Origin: Amylibacter sp. IMCC11727 | Lineage (GTDB): Bacteria > Pseudomonadota > Alphaproteobacteria > Rhodobacterales > Rhodobacteraceae | NCBI RefSeq assembly: GCF_029854195.1 | Contig: NZ_CP122960.1 | Coordinates: 510,984-574,983, forward strand | Length of the DNA: 64,000 nucleotides | Direction: 5' to 3' | Shown here: positions 1-10,700 of the stretch, one piece after another | Layout of the letters: every line of letters begins with the position of its first letter | How positions within the stretch are numbered: position 1 is the stretch's first letter | Made by a program: the position numbers and the translations under genes | The notes under the pieces: generated by a model | Database searches by the model: none | Told to the model about the DNA's origin: nothing | Seen by the model: only the letters and a program-made list of their open reading frames with translations

Positions 1-2435
1 CAAGCCAAGCGCGAGTGGTGATTGTAGGTGGTGGTGTGATCGGCTGTTCGGTGGCCTATCACCTGACGAAACTGGGTTGGAAAGACGTGGTTTTGTTGGA
101 GCGTAAACAGCTGACGTCCGGCACGACGTGGCATGCGGCGGGGCTGATTGCGCAGTTGCGTGCGACGGCGAACATGACGAAGCTGGCGAAGTATTCACAG
201 GAACTTTACGGCAATCTGGAAGCGGAAACGGGCGTGGCCACAGGGTTTAAACGCTGTGGTTCCATCACGGTTGCGCTGACCGAAGAACGCAAAGAAGAGA
301 TTTTCCGTCAGGCGACCATGGCGCGCGCGTTCGGGGTCGAGGTGGAAGAGATTTCGCCAACCGAAGTGAAAGAGCGTTACGAGCATCTGAACATCGATGG
401 TGTGACCGCTGGCGTGTGGTTGCCCCTTGATGGGCAGGGCGATCCTGCGAACATCGCGCTGGCACTGGCCAAAGGTGCGCGCAACGGCGGCGCCAAGGTG
501 ATTGAGCGCACCAAGGTAACGGGCATAGCAAAAGAGGGCCGCAAGGTCACGGGTGTCGATTGGATCGACGAAAACGGCGAAGCTGGGCACACAAAGGCCG
601 ACATGGTGGTGAACTGTGGCGGTATGTGGGGCCATGAAGTGGGCCGTATGGCGGGCGTGAATGTGCCGCTGCATGCCTGTGAGCACTTCTACATCGTGAC
701 GGAAGCGATTGAAGGTCTAACCCAGATGCCTGTGCTGCGGGTTCCTGATGAATGTGCGTATTACAAGGAAGACGCTGGCAAGTTCCTTTTGGGTGCGTTT
801 GAACCGAATGCAAAGCCATGGGCCATGAACGGCATTCCTGACAATTTTGAATTTGACCAACTGCCAGAGGATTTCGATCACTTCGAGCCGATTTTGGAAG
901 CGGCCTGTGAACGTTTGCCGATGTTGGCAGAGGCGGGGATTCACACGTTCTTTAACGGGCCAGAATCTTTTACGCCTGATGATGCGTATCATCTGGGTCT
1001 TGCGCCTGAGATGGATAACTTTTGGGTGGCGGCTGGGTTTAATTCCATCGGTATTCAGTCCGCTGGTGGCGCAGGTATGGCGCTGGCGCAGTGGATGGAT
1101 GAGGGGCAAAAGCCGTTCGATCTGGGCGATGTAGACATCAGCCGAATGCAGCCGTTTCAGGGCAACAAGACCTATTTGTTTGAACGGTCCAAGGAAACGC
1201 TGGGTCTGCTCTACGCCGATCATTTTCCCTATCGCCAAAAGGCAACGGCGCGGGGTGTGCGGCGCACGCCGTTCCATCATCACTTTCTGGAACGCGGCGC
1301 GGTGATGGGCGAGATTGCAGGTTGGGAACGGGCCAACTGGTTTGCCCGTGAAAACCAAGAAGCCGAGTATCAGTACAGCTGGCAGCGTCAGAACTTTTTC
1401 GACAATGTGCGCGAAGAGCATATGGCTGTGCGTCAGAATGTTGGCATGTATGACATGTCGTCGTTTGGCAAAATCCGTGTGGAAGGACGCGATGCCGAAG
1501 CGTTCATGAACTATATCGGTGGGGGCGATTATTCGGTGCCTGTAGGCAAGATCGTTTACACGCAATTCCTCAACAATCGGGCGGGAATTGAATCGGATGT
1601 AACTGTCACACGCATGTCGGAAACCGCATATTTGGTGGTGACACCTGCGGCGACCCGTCTGGCGGATCAGGTTTGGATGGAGCGCAATCGGGGTGATTAC
1701 AATGTGGTGATCACCGATGTGACAGCTGGCGAAGGTGTGCTGGCGGTGATGGGCCCACGGTCGCGCGAATTGTTGCAAGCAGTCAGCCCGAACGATTTTT
1801 CAAACGAGGTGAACCCGTTTGGTACAGCCCAAGAAATTGAGATTGGCATGGGATTGGCGCGGGTCCACCGCGTGACCTATGTGGGCGAGCTTGGCTGGGA
1901 AGTGTATGTTTCTGCGGATCAATGTGGCCATGTGTTTGAAACGCTGGCCGAGGCTGGTTTCGATTTCGGTATGCGCCTGTGCGGGATGCACATGATGGAC
2001 ACGTGTCGTATCGAAAAAGGTTTCCGCCACTTTGGCCATGATATCACCTGCGAAGATCATGTTCTGGAAGCGGGGCTCGGTTTTGCGGTGAAAACCGATA
2101 AGCCAGAATTCATCGGGCGCGATGCCGTACTGCGCAAGAAAGAGGCGGGCCTGAGCCAGCGTTTGTTGCAGTTTAAGCTGAAGGATTCAGAGCCGCTGTT
2201 GTATCACAACGAAGCCGTCATTCGCGATGGTGAGGTGATCGGGTATCTGTCGTCTGGTGGGTATGGCCACCACGAAGGCGCAGCGATGGGCATGGGCTAT
2301 GTGCCTTGCGAAGGCGAGGCGCTGGCGGATGTTTTGGCATCGAACTATCAGATCGAAGTGGCGGGCGTGCGTGTGGATGCAGAGGTATCCAGCAAGCCGT
2401 TTTACGATCCAAAGGGTGAGCGAGCGAAAGCCTAG
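1..2435 (+). CDS. Dimethylglycine/sarcosine dehydrogenase-family FAD oxidoreductase with C-terminal GcvT-like aminomethyltransferase domain; the 5' end may lie upstream of the window
   Basis: FAD GGGxxG motif near the N-terminus (VIVGGGVIGCSVAYHL). Length about 800 aa with a two-domain layout. The ORF is open to base 1 with no upstream stop. Confidence 0.85.
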   Translation, partial: SQARVVIVGGGVIGCSVAYHLTKLGWKDVVLLERKQLTSGTTWHAAGLIAQLRATANMTKLAKYSQELYGNLEAETGVATGFKRCGSITVALTEERKEEIFRQATMARAFGVEVEEISPTEVKERYEHLNIDGVTAGVWLPLDGQGDPANIALALAKGARNGGAKVIERTKVTGIAKEGRKVTGVDWIDENGEAGHTKADMVVNCGGMWGHEVGRMAGVNVPLHACEHFYIVTEAIEGLTQMPVLRVPDECAYYKEDAGKFLLGAFEPNAKPWAMNGIPDNFEFDQLPEDFDHFEPILEAACERLPMLAEAGIHTFFNGPESFTPDDAYHLGLAPEMDNFWVAAGFNSIGIQSAGGAGMALAQWMDEGQKPFDLGDVDISRMQPFQGNKTYLFERSKETLGLLYADHFPYRQKATARGVRRTPFHHHFLERGAVMGEIAGWERANWFARENQEAEYQYSWQRQNFFDNVREEHMAVRQNVGMYDMSSFGKIRVEGRDAEAFMNYIGGGDYSVPVGKIVYTQFLNNRAGIESDVTVTRMSETAYLVVTPAATRLADQVWMERNRGDYNVVITDVTAGEGVLAVMGPRSRELLQAVSPNDFSNEVNPFGTAQEIEIGMGLARVHRVTYVGELGWEVYVSADQCGHVFETLAEAGFDFGMRLCGMHMMDTCRIEKGFRHFGHDITCEDHVLEAGLGFAVKTDKPEFIGRDAVLRKKEAGLSQRLLQFKLKDSEPLLYHNEAVIRDGEVIGYLSSGGYGHHEGAAMGMGYVPCEGEALADVLASNYQIEVAGVRVDAEVSSKPFYDPKGERAKA

Positions 2436-3760
2436 GCCAACAAAGCACTCACTGTGGCGGCGGCGCGCAAACCTTCTTTGTGCGCCCCCGAAACCGTTCC
2501 TTGCTCGCCGATGCTGGTGGCTTCACCCGCAAGGAAAATACGGTTCGCGATGGGGGTGCGCAGGGCGCTGCGGGTGTTTGCTTTGCCAGGAATAGTGCCG
2601 GAGTAAGAGCCGAGAACCGTTGGTTCATACCCCCAGCGGGAGGCGTGGCCTTTGATAAAGCCGTTTTTGATGTCGTGGCCGAAAACATCGCTCATTTCTG
2701 ACAGCGCAAAGTCGATCATTGCCTGTTCCCCTTGGGATTCGAGCCAGTGGCCAAATCCGCCGCCGATTTCGAAATAACACAGCCCTGTGCCACCTGAATT
2801 GGTGAGGACTGCGCCGCCTTTGGGGCTGCCGTTATGGCGTTCTGTCAGGTGATAGCCGACCCAAGTGTCCGCTGGTGTGTCGATGGTGCCGTGACTGAAT
2901 TGCAGCGCGATGTGGTTGTAGCTGCCAAGGGTGATATCGGAAATGGCCGACACCAGTGCGCTGTCCATTTTTGGACGAATGTCCAATGTGCCGCTGGCAA
3001 GAACACCTTGGGACACGGTGAGGATCATGGCCTTGGCACGGATAGGGCCACCGCTGGTTTGCACGGTGACGGTATCACGATCTGCGTCGATGGATGTGAC
3101 GGTGGTGTTTAGCGTTACAGGCACATCCGCCCAGTGATGCGCGACCAGCGTGCCAAACCCTTGTTTGCAAAACCAGTCTTCGCCTTCTTCAGCAATGTAC
3201 CAATCCAGATCGGACACGTTTTCCAAATCCCGCGCCATGGACAAGGAGCCGATCATGGCTTCGCTGGTGAGGGTCCATTCGGTTTGGGGCTGTCTGATAT
3301 AGGTTGCGACGCGGTCGTTGCCTGCTTGAGCAGAGTCAAACAAGGCTTTGAACATGCGGGCGTGTTCGGTTTCAAGCGCGATGGTGTCAGTGGGATTTAG
3401 CGGTTTGCCCTTGTAATAGGCCTGCATGTCGTCTGGCTGTTTATACATCGTGAACCCGTGGGATTTTCCGATATCCACAAACGGGTTGAGCGCGATGTGA
3501 TGCAGCCAATGTGCGCCAAGATCATAGGGCACGCCAAAGGTTGTGGTGTCGGTAAACACCCGCCCGCCAATGCGATCCATGGCTTCGATACAGACCACTG
3601 AATGCCCCGCACGCATCACCGCATCTGTGGCGGCCAATCCTGCTGCCCCTGCGCCAATGACGATAACGTCTGTGTCCGTGGTTTTTGCTGTTGTGCCCGT
3701 ACCGACCAGCGCGGCGGTGGCCAAAGCGGAGTGTGTGAGTGTGCGTCGGGTCATTGTCAT
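2432..3760 (-). CDS. Flavin-containing amine oxidase with a twin-arginine (Tat) signal peptide
   Basis: N-terminal MTRRTLTHSALATAALVG looks like a Tat signal. A VIVIGAGAAGLAA dinucleotide-binding motif follows. The 3' end overlaps the stop of the convergent dehydrogenase gene. Confidence 0.7.
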   Translation of the reverse strand: MTMTRRTLTHSALATAALVGTGTTAKTTDTDVIVIGAGAAGLAATDAVMRAGHSVVCIEAMDRIGGRVFTDTTTFGVPYDLGAHWLHHIALNPFVDIGKSHGFTMYKQPDDMQAYYKGKPLNPTDTIALETEHARMFKALFDSAQAGNDRVATYIRQPQTEWTLTSEAMIGSLSMARDLENVSDLDWYIAEEGEDWFCKQGFGTLVAHHWADVPVTLNTTVTSIDADRDTVTVQTSGGPIRAKAMILTVSQGVLASGTLDIRPKMDSALVSAISDITLGSYNHIALQFSHGTIDTPADTWVGYHLTERHNGSPKGGAVLTNSGGTGLCYFEIGGGFGHWLESQGEQAMIDFALSEMSDVFGHDIKNGFIKGHASRWGYEPTVLGSYSGTIPGKANTRSALRTPIANRIFLAGEATSIGEQGTVSGAHKEGLRAAATVSALLA

Positions 3761-3863
3761 GAGGCATCTTTGCATGGGTCCAACAGGAGCTTAGCTGGGG
3801 TCATGTCATATTGCCAGCGGTGGTCTGCTTTCCCTTTCGGAGCAATCCCGTTAAGTCAGCCCT

Positions 3864-4535
3864 ATGCGTCAGCCGTTTGTATATACGCCGCCCACAGGGC
3901 CGATTGTCATATTGCATGAAACCGATACGGTTTTGTTTGTGGACAAGCCTGCTGGATTGTTGTCCGTGCCAGGGCGTTTGCCCGAACACAGGGACAGTTT
4001 GCTGGGGCGGCTAGAGGCGCAAATGCCCAACATTCGCCTAGTCCATCGGTTGGATATGGACACGTCTGGCGTGATGGTTTTTGCGAAATCAGATCAGGCA
4101 CAGCGCGACATAAATCGGCAATTTGAACAACGTAGTGTGCGCAAAACCTATTTGGCTGAAGTGTCGGGGCAGATCGCTGATGCGGGAACCGTTGATTTGC
4201 CGTTGATGGCCGATTGGCCAAATCGTCCACTGCAAAAAGTAGATGCTGCGGGTAAGCCATCTGTCACCCATTGGCGGGTGCTGGCGCGGCGGGACCAAAG
4301 TTGCATTGTAGAACTGACGCCCGAAACAGGTCGCAGTCATCAGCTGAGGGTTCATATGGCAGCGCAGGGGCACGCGATTGTAGGGGATGTGTTTTACGCC
4401 AGCTCAGATGTGGCGGCGCGGTCTGATCGGTTGATGTTACATGCGCATTGTTTGGGTTTAAAGATGCCAGGTGACGATGCGGTTTTTAGTGTCTCAGCGT
4501 CGTGTGAATTTTTTGCGACGGAACAGATACCGTGA
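3864..4535 (+). CDS. RluA-family pseudouridine synthase
   Basis: Catalytic HRLDMDTSGVMVFAKS motif, about 220 aa. Confidence 0.8.
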   Translation: MRQPFVYTPPTGPIVILHETDTVLFVDKPAGLLSVPGRLPEHRDSLLGRLEAQMPNIRLVHRLDMDTSGVMVFAKSDQAQRDINRQFEQRSVRKTYLAEVSGQIADAGTVDLPLMADWPNRPLQKVDAAGKPSVTHWRVLARRDQSCIVELTPETGRSHQLRVHMAAQGHAIVGDVFYASSDVAARSDRLMLHAHCLGLKMPGDDAVFSVSASCEFFATEQIP

Positions 4536-4574
4536 TCCCGTATCACGCGCGTAAAACCATAGCAGGGACAGATC

Positions 4575-5345
4575 ATGAAAAAATCACTTACCATAACAAC
4601 GTCAATTTTTGCTTTTGCCGCGCTCACTTTGATTTTGGCCGGAGCCTCTAAGCCCAATCGTGTGTCCATAAAAGTAAAAGGGGATGAACGGTGTATTACG
4701 TCAAACGGATCGCCTAATCACGCCATTGGGCAGTTTCCAAACAAGGGCAATCCACACCGATTTAAAGCGCGCAAAGTATCGCTTTGCATGGATGCTACAC
4801 CTGCATTGACAGGGCGCACCGAAACCCGTGTTCCCATGTCGGGTGTAACGCTTACGGGTATTATCATCCGCCCGGGGACCGCGGATTGGTATGATGCCAG
4901 CAAACCGCGTGGTCACAGCCGCAACCGTGCCTCTGGTTGGAACCTAGAGGCGATGGGCAGTTCTGAAAAACTGGGGCTTGATGCGAACAATGCGCATGTG
5001 GATCATCGCGGCGTGTATCATTATCATGGGATGCCAACGGCACTCATCAACATCAACGGAAGCTCATTGATGGGATATGCGGCGGATGGATTTGAAATTC
5101 ACTATGTCGGGAGCAAGGCTACATCGTCTTATGTGCTGAAATCTGGGACGCGGTCAACGGCCCCAAGGGGGCGTTATGATGGCTCTTATGTTGAGGACTG
5201 GCGTTTTGCCAAGGGTGCGGGAAATTTGGACGAATGCAATGGTGGCATGGTGAATGGTCGCTACGTCTATTTTGCTACGGACAGCTATCCGTTCTTTCCG
5301 CGCTGTTTCAAAGGCACGGTGAGCCGTGATTTTACGCGCCGCTGA
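4575..5345 (+). CDS. Secreted YHYH-motif protein
   Basis: Signal peptide MKKSLTITTSIFAFAALTLILAGA. Internal HRGVYHYHG motif. GC is lower than in the neighbouring genes. Confidence 0.65.
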   Translation: MKKSLTITTSIFAFAALTLILAGASKPNRVSIKVKGDERCITSNGSPNHAIGQFPNKGNPHRFKARKVSLCMDATPALTGRTETRVPMSGVTLTGIIIRPGTADWYDASKPRGHSRNRASGWNLEAMGSSEKLGLDANNAHVDHRGVYHYHGMPTALININGSSLMGYAADGFEIHYVGSKATSSYVLKSGTRSTAPRGRYDGSYVEDWRFAKGAGNLDECNGGMVNGRYVYFATDSYPFFPRCFKGTVSRDFTRR

Positions 5346-5396
5346 CTTGCGGCGGGGGATGGGGCGCGTTACCTCTGGCGGCAAAGGAGCTTTGCC

Positions 5397-6548
5397 ATGT
5401 CACATACCCCGATTGATGCCGAACGCCTGACCGCTGATTTGATTAAATGTGCCTCCGTTACGCCCACCGAAGGCGGGGCGTTGGTGCTGTTGGAGCAGGT
5501 GTTGTCGGACGCTGGCTTTGTCTGCACGCGCGTTGATCGCGGTGACGTTTCAAACCTGTTTGCCCGCTGGGGGCAGGGGGCCAATGGGCGCACGTTTGGG
5601 TTCAACGGGCATACGGATGTTGTCCCTGTGGGCGATGAAGATGCGTGGACGGTGGACCCGTTCGGAGCTGAGGTCAAAGATGGTTTCATGTACGGTCGCG
5701 GCGCGACAGATATGAAATCGGGCGTTGCGGCGTTTGCGGCGGCGGCCATTGATTTTGTGAAAATGACACCGCCTGATGGGTCGATTGTTTTGGCGATCAC
5801 AGGGGATGAAGAGGGTGTCGCGGTGGATGGTACGGTTGCGCTGCTCGACTGGATGGATGCGAACAACGAACGGATGGATCATTGTTTGGTGGGGGAGCCA
5901 ACAAGCCCGAACACCATGGGTGAAATGATGAAGATCGGGCGACGTGGGTCCATGACCGCGTATTTCACGGCAACGGGGGTGCAGGGGCATTCGGCCTATC
6001 CGCATCGCGCGAAAAACCCGCTGCCAGCGATGGCGCAGTTGATGGCCACCTTGGCGGCCCATGAACTGGACGAAGGGACGGAGCATTTTGATCCATCGAC
6101 GTTGGCGGTGACAACGATTGATACGGGCAACCCTGCCAATAATGTGATCCCAGCGCAGTGTCGTGCAACGGTGAATATTCGGTTCAATGATACTTGGACA
6201 TCGGATGCGTTGATCAATTGGTTGACCCGCGAAATGCAGGGTGTGGCCAGCCTGTTTGATATCGAAATTGATATGAAAACGCAGGTCAGCGGCGAGAGCT
6301 TTTTCACGCCACCTGGTGAATTGTCCGCACTGATTGGTAAAGCGGTGAAGGCGGAAACGGGGGTTCAGCCAGAGCTGTCCACAACGGGTGGCACATCGGA
6401 TGCGCGGTTTGTGAAAAACCACTGTCCTGTGGTGGAGTTTGGGCTGGTTGGGAAGACCATGCACCAAGTGGACGAACGGGTTGAGGTGGCGCAGATTCAT
6501 CAGCTGAAGGCGATCTATTCGCGCATTCTGGCCGATTATTTCGCGTGA
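5397..6548 (+). CDS. dapE: Succinyl-diaminopimelate desuccinylase
   Basis: M20 peptidase family with a typical DapE N-terminus ([23 protein letters not shown]) and about 380 aa. Confidence 0.85.
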   Translation: MSHTPIDAERLTADLIKCASVTPTEGGALVLLEQVLSDAGFVCTRVDRGDVSNLFARWGQGANGRTFGFNGHTDVVPVGDEDAWTVDPFGAEVKDGFMYGRGATDMKSGVAAFAAAAIDFVKMTPPDGSIVLAITGDEEGVAVDGTVALLDWMDANNERMDHCLVGEPTSPNTMGEMMKIGRRGSMTAYFTATGVQGHSAYPHRAKNPLPAMAQLMATLAAHELDEGTEHFDPSTLAVTTIDTGNPANNVIPAQCRATVNIRFNDTWTSDALINWLTREMQGVASLFDIEIDMKTQVSGESFFTPPGELSALIGKAVKAETGVQPELSTTGGTSDARFVKNHCPVVEFGLVGKTMHQVDERVEVAQIHQLKAIYSRILADYFA

Positions 6549-6565
6549 GGCGTCAGCTTTACATC

Positions 6566-7135
6566 ATGGTGAAAGAACCCCATCCAGGCCGTGTGAAAAC
6601 GCGGCTGGGGCGGGATTTGGGCCTGACCCGTGCGGCGTGGTGGTTTCGCCATCAAACACGCCGCCTGATCCGTACTTTGGCGCGTGATCCGCGCTGGGAT
6701 ACTGTATTCGCAGTTTCCCCAGATATCGAAGGCTTGCAAAGCCGCGTTTGGCCTGCAGGAGTTATGCGACAGCCCCAAGGCACAGGAAATTTGGGTGATC
6801 GGATGGCGCGGATTTTTCGATCTGCCCCCAGTGGTCCCGTGGTGATTATTGGTGCGGATATTCCAGATGTGACCCCGCGTCTGATTGCCAAAGCCTTTGC
6901 CGCGCTTGGGGATCATGATGCGGTTTTTGGGCCCGCGCCTGACGGTGGGTTCTGGTTGATTGGGTTGAAGAACACAAAGCCCGCGCCCCGAGATCTGTTC
7001 AAAGATGTGCGCTGGAGCAGTGAATATGCTCTAGGTGATACGCTGAAAACGCTGGGGCATTTTCGGGTGGCGCAGATTGATACGTTGCAGGACATCGACA
7101 CGATTGATGATCTAAATACCACAGGGACTGTGTAA
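6566..7135 (+). CDS. DUF2064 / TIGR04282-like glycosyltransferase-fold protein
   Basis: N-terminal KEPHPGRVKTRLG motif typical of DUF2064. It directly abuts or overlaps the dapE stop. Confidence 0.6.
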   Translation: MVKEPHPGRVKTRLGRDLGLTRAAWWFRHQTRRLIRTLARDPRWDTVFAVSPDIEGLQSRVWPAGVMRQPQGTGNLGDRMARIFRSAPSGPVVIIGADIPDVTPRLIAKAFAALGDHDAVFGPAPDGGFWLIGLKNTKPAPRDLFKDVRWSSEYALGDTLKTLGHFRVAQIDTLQDIDTIDDLNTTGTV

Positions 7136-7232
7136 ATTTGTCTCATACATAAGTAATTTAGTCATAAATAACTTGAAGCGGGCAGAAGCGCCCTAATTAA
7201 GGTTCTAATGAACGCCAAAAATAGGAGAGATT

Positions 7233-8414
7233 ATGGCTACGCGCGTATTTGGGATGTCAGCAGAGGTCGCGGGGGGTGTTGCCCTTGCGATGGGTGCTTT
7301 GCTTGGACTGTTCTTTGAAAATGTTGGTTTTCTTGCGCCCATTTATGATGCGTTGCTGAACCTGAAAACAACGGTGGCCATTGGGGATTTCAAAATTTCG
7401 AAGCCCTTGTTGTTGTGGATCAACGACGGTTTGATGGCGATCTTTTTCTTCCTCGTGGCGTTAGAAATCAAACGTGAAGTTATTCGCGGGGCTCTGTCCA
7501 CATGGTCGCGTGCGGCGCTGCCTGTGTATGGCGCGGTTGGGGGCATTGTGTTTCCCGCGCTGATCTTTATCGGCATCGTTGGTATCGACAGTGCAGAGGC
7601 GAACGGGTGGGCCATTCCGGCGGCCACCGACATCGCGTTTGCGCTGGGCGTGTTGGCGTTGCTGGGAAATCGTGTTCCGTCTGAGCTGAAAACGTTTTTG
7701 TTGGCGCTGGCGGTTGTGGATGACTTGGCCGCGATCATGATTATTGCGGTTTTCTTTACATCATCCTTGTCGATGTATGCGTTGACCATTGCGGCCATGG
7801 CGCTGGCAGGGTTGGTGATTTTGAACCGTTCAGGCGTCACAAAAGGTGCGCCTTATATTATTCTTGGTTTGATCCTTTGGGCATCGGTTCTGAAATCTGG
7901 CGTTCACGCAACACTGGCGGGTGTGGCGCTCGGTTTTGCGATTCCGCTGGCGCCTGGCAAAGATGGCCGTTCGTTGTTGCAGGACTATGAACATGCGTTG
8001 CACCCTTGGGTAGCGTTTATGATTATGCCTGTGTTTGCCTTTGCCAACGCGGGCGTGCCCCTGTTCGGCTTTAGCTGGTCTGACCTGTGGCAGCCGTTGC
8101 CGCTTGGCATTGCGGCTGGCTTGTTCATCGGTAAGCAAGTCGGTGTGTTTGGCGTTGCGTGGGTGGCGATCAAAACTGGTTTGGCGATTAAGCCTGACAG
8201 CATCACCTATCGCAAACTGTATGGGGCATCGCTGTTGGCAGGTATCGGTTTCACCATGTCGCTGTTTATCGGTGGCCTTGCGTTCGAAGATGTGGAGCAT
8301 CAGAACCTTGTCCGTTTGGGCGTTCTGGTTGGGTCCATCTTGTCTGGTGTGCTGGGTGCCATCGTCTTGGCCTATAGCCGCGAAAACGCCAAAGTAACGG
8401 TGAGCGAGGCGTAA
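7233..8414 (+). CDS. nhaA: Na+/H+ antiporter NhaA
   Basis: About 390 aa polytopic membrane protein with characteristic NhaA N-terminal and LVALEIKRE motifs. Confidence 0.9.
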   Translation: MATRVFGMSAEVAGGVALAMGALLGLFFENVGFLAPIYDALLNLKTTVAIGDFKISKPLLLWINDGLMAIFFFLVALEIKREVIRGALSTWSRAALPVYGAVGGIVFPALIFIGIVGIDSAEANGWAIPAATDIAFALGVLALLGNRVPSELKTFLLALAVVDDLAAIMIIAVFFTSSLSMYALTIAAMALAGLVILNRSGVTKGAPYIILGLILWASVLKSGVHATLAGVALGFAIPLAPGKDGRSLLQDYEHALHPWVAFMIMPVFAFANAGVPLFGFSWSDLWQPLPLGIAAGLFIGKQVGVFGVAWVAIKTGLAIKPDSITYRKLYGASLLAGIGFTMSLFIGGLAFEDVEHQNLVRLGVLVGSILSGVLGAIVLAYSRENAKVTVSEA

Positions 8415-8471
8415 ATTCGCCCCTTGCACGATTGGCAATGACCTTTCATGCCCCCCGTGATATCTGGGGGC

Positions 8472-10700
8472 ATGAAACAATTACCGACCAAAGAACAGGT
8501 TCTTGACTGGATCAAGGACAACCCGACCAAAACCAACAAGCGCGATGTAGGTCGTGCATTTGGGATCAAAGGCAGCGCGCGGATCGAGCTGAAGCGGATC
8601 CTGAAAGAGCTGACCAATGAAGGTCACATTCAAAAGAAACGCAGAACGTATCACAGCGCTGACGAATTGCCGCCCGTGTCTGTGTTGTTGGTGCTGCCTC
8701 CTGATGCCAACGGCGATATGACCGCCGCGCCGATGGAATGGAAGGGCGAGGGCGATGCGCCGCGCATTCTGATCATGCCATCAAAGGGTGATGTGACCTT
8801 GGGCGCGAACGACCGTATTCTGGCGCGTTTGTCGCCATCTACGGAAGAAGATTTCAAATACGAGGCACGGGTGATCCGCAAAATTGGATCAGGGCCGCAG
8901 CGTATTTTGGGGATTTATCGCGTTGGGTCCGAAGGCGGGCGATTGGTTCCCGTGGACAAGAAATCAGACCGCGAGATGATCGTGCCTGCGGGTGAAACAG
9001 GCGGGGCAAAAGACGGCGAGCTGGTCGAGGCCGAGAGCCTGGGCAAACAGCGGCAAGCGGGTCTTGGCCGTGTGAAAATCGTCGAGGTTCTGGGCGACCC
9101 GATGGCGCCGAAATCCATTTCCCTGATTGCGATCCACGAACATGGCATTCCCGATCATTTCCCCGATGATGTGATCGCAGATGCCGAGGCAGCCAAGCCT
9201 GTGCCGCTGGGGGATCGTACTGATCTGCGTGATTTGCCGTTGTTTACGATTGATCCGTCCGATGCGCGGGATCACGACGATGCCATTTGCGCGATTCCTG
9301 ATGAGGATAAAAAGAACGCAGGCGGCCACATCGTTTGGGTGGCTATTGCGGATGTGGCCCATTACGTGCGGCCCAATTCACCGCTGGACAAAGAGGCACG
9401 CAAGCGGGGGAACTCCAGCTATTTCCCGGATCGTGTTGTGCCGATGTTGCCAGATGCCTTGTCTGGGGATTTGTGTTCGTTGCACGAAGGTGTGGATCGC
9501 GCCTGTGTGGCGTTGCGCATTGTGCTGAATTCCGCAGGCAAACGGTTGGAGCATGAATTTCATCGTGGCCTGATGCGATCCCCTGCCAGCCTGTCCTATG
9601 AGCAGGCGCAAGCGGCGGCGGATGGCACATATGACGACGCGACAGAGCCGTTAAAAGGGCCGATTGCGGACTTGTTCGCGGCCTATGCCAGTGCCGTTAA
9701 GGCGCGCAATGAACGCCAGCCCCTGAACCTTGACCTGCCAGAACGCAAGATTGTTCTGTCTGACGAAGGTGTGGTCACAAGTGTGGCGTTCCGTGATCGG
9801 TTTGATGCGCATAAGTTGGTCGAAGAATTCATGGTCATGGCAAATGTTTGTGCGGCGGAAACGTTAGAACAGAAACAGCGCCCGTTTCTGTATCGTATCC
9901 ACGAAGAGCCAAGCCAGGAGAAGCTGGATGCCCTGCGTGAAACAGCGGATAGTGTTGGATTGCAATTGGCCAAAGGGCAGGTGTTGAAAACCATGCACCT
10001 GAACAAACTGCTGGATGCGGCCGCAGGAACGGATGATGCTGAAATTATCAATATGACCGTGCTGCGATCCATGACGCAGGCGTATTATGGCACGGGGAAC
10101 ATGGGGCATTTCGGGTTGAACCTGCGCCGCTATGCGCATTTCACCTCGCCCATTCGCCGCTATGCGGATTTGATCGTACATCGTGCGCTTATCACGGCGC
10201 ATGGCTGGGGGGATGACGGATTACAGCCAGTGGATATGGACCAAATGCAAGACACGGGCGAATGGATTTCCCAGACCGAGCGGCGATCCATGCTGGCTGA
10301 ACGCGATACCACGGATCGATATTTGGCAGCGTTTTTGGCAGAGCGTGTTGGCAATGAGTTTTCGGGCCGTGTGTCTGGTATTGCCAAGTTCGGGCTGTTT
10401 GTGAAGCTGGATGAAAGTGGTGCGGATGGGATGATCCCGCTGTCATCGCTTGGGCGGGAGTATTGGGTTTATAACCACGAGGCAAAGTCGCTGACGGGGG
10501 ATAAATCGGGCCGCGTGATTTCCGTTGGGATGCCCGCCACTGTGCGATTGGCCGAAGCTGCGCCGTTGACAGGTGGGTTGCTGTTGGAACTGCTGGATGT
10601 GGATGGCAAACCGTTGCCAAAATCATCTGGCGGCAAAAAGCAATCGACCAAACGCAAGGGGCGACGTGTGGTCAAGGGACGCCGGCGCAAGAAGAGTTAA
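8472..10700 (+). CDS. rnr: Ribonuclease R with lysine-rich C-terminal tail
   Basis: HTH, cold-shock, RNB and S1 domain order. The C-terminus is basic (KRKGRRVVKGRRRKKS). Confidence 0.9.
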   Translation: MKQLPTKEQVLDWIKDNPTKTNKRDVGRAFGIKGSARIELKRILKELTNEGHIQKKRRTYHSADELPPVSVLLVLPPDANGDMTAAPMEWKGEGDAPRILIMPSKGDVTLGANDRILARLSPSTEEDFKYEARVIRKIGSGPQRILGIYRVGSEGGRLVPVDKKSDREMIVPAGETGGAKDGELVEAESLGKQRQAGLGRVKIVEVLGDPMAPKSISLIAIHEHGIPDHFPDDVIADAEAAKPVPLGDRTDLRDLPLFTIDPSDARDHDDAICAIPDEDKKNAGGHIVWVAIADVAHYVRPNSPLDKEARKRGNSSYFPDRVVPMLPDALSGDLCSLHEGVDRACVALRIVLNSAGKRLEHEFHRGLMRSPASLSYEQAQAAADGTYDDATEPLKGPIADLFAAYASAVKARNERQPLNLDLPERKIVLSDEGVVTSVAFRDRFDAHKLVEEFMVMANVCAAETLEQKQRPFLYRIHEEPSQEKLDALRETADSVGLQLAKGQVLKTMHLNKLLDAAAGTDDAEIINMTVLRSMTQAYYGTGNMGHFGLNLRRYAHFTSPIRRYADLIVHRALITAHGWGDDGLQPVDMDQMQDTGEWISQTERRSMLAERDTTDRYLAAFLAERVGNEFSGRVSGIAKFGLFVKLDESGADGMIPLSSLGREYWVYNHEAKSLTGDKSGRVISVGMPATVRLAEAAPLTGGLLLELLDVDGKPLPKSSGGKKQSTKRKGRRVVKGRRRKKS

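Noticed and set aside
717-1778. 353-aa minus-strand ORF
   Set aside because: It lies entirely antisense within the well-supported dehydrogenase gene. It is Arg/His-rich with a GC-driven open frame and no recognisable motifs.
5550-6500. 316-aa minus-strand ORF
   Set aside because: Antisense to dapE. The composition is typical of a shadow ORF in GC-rich DNA.
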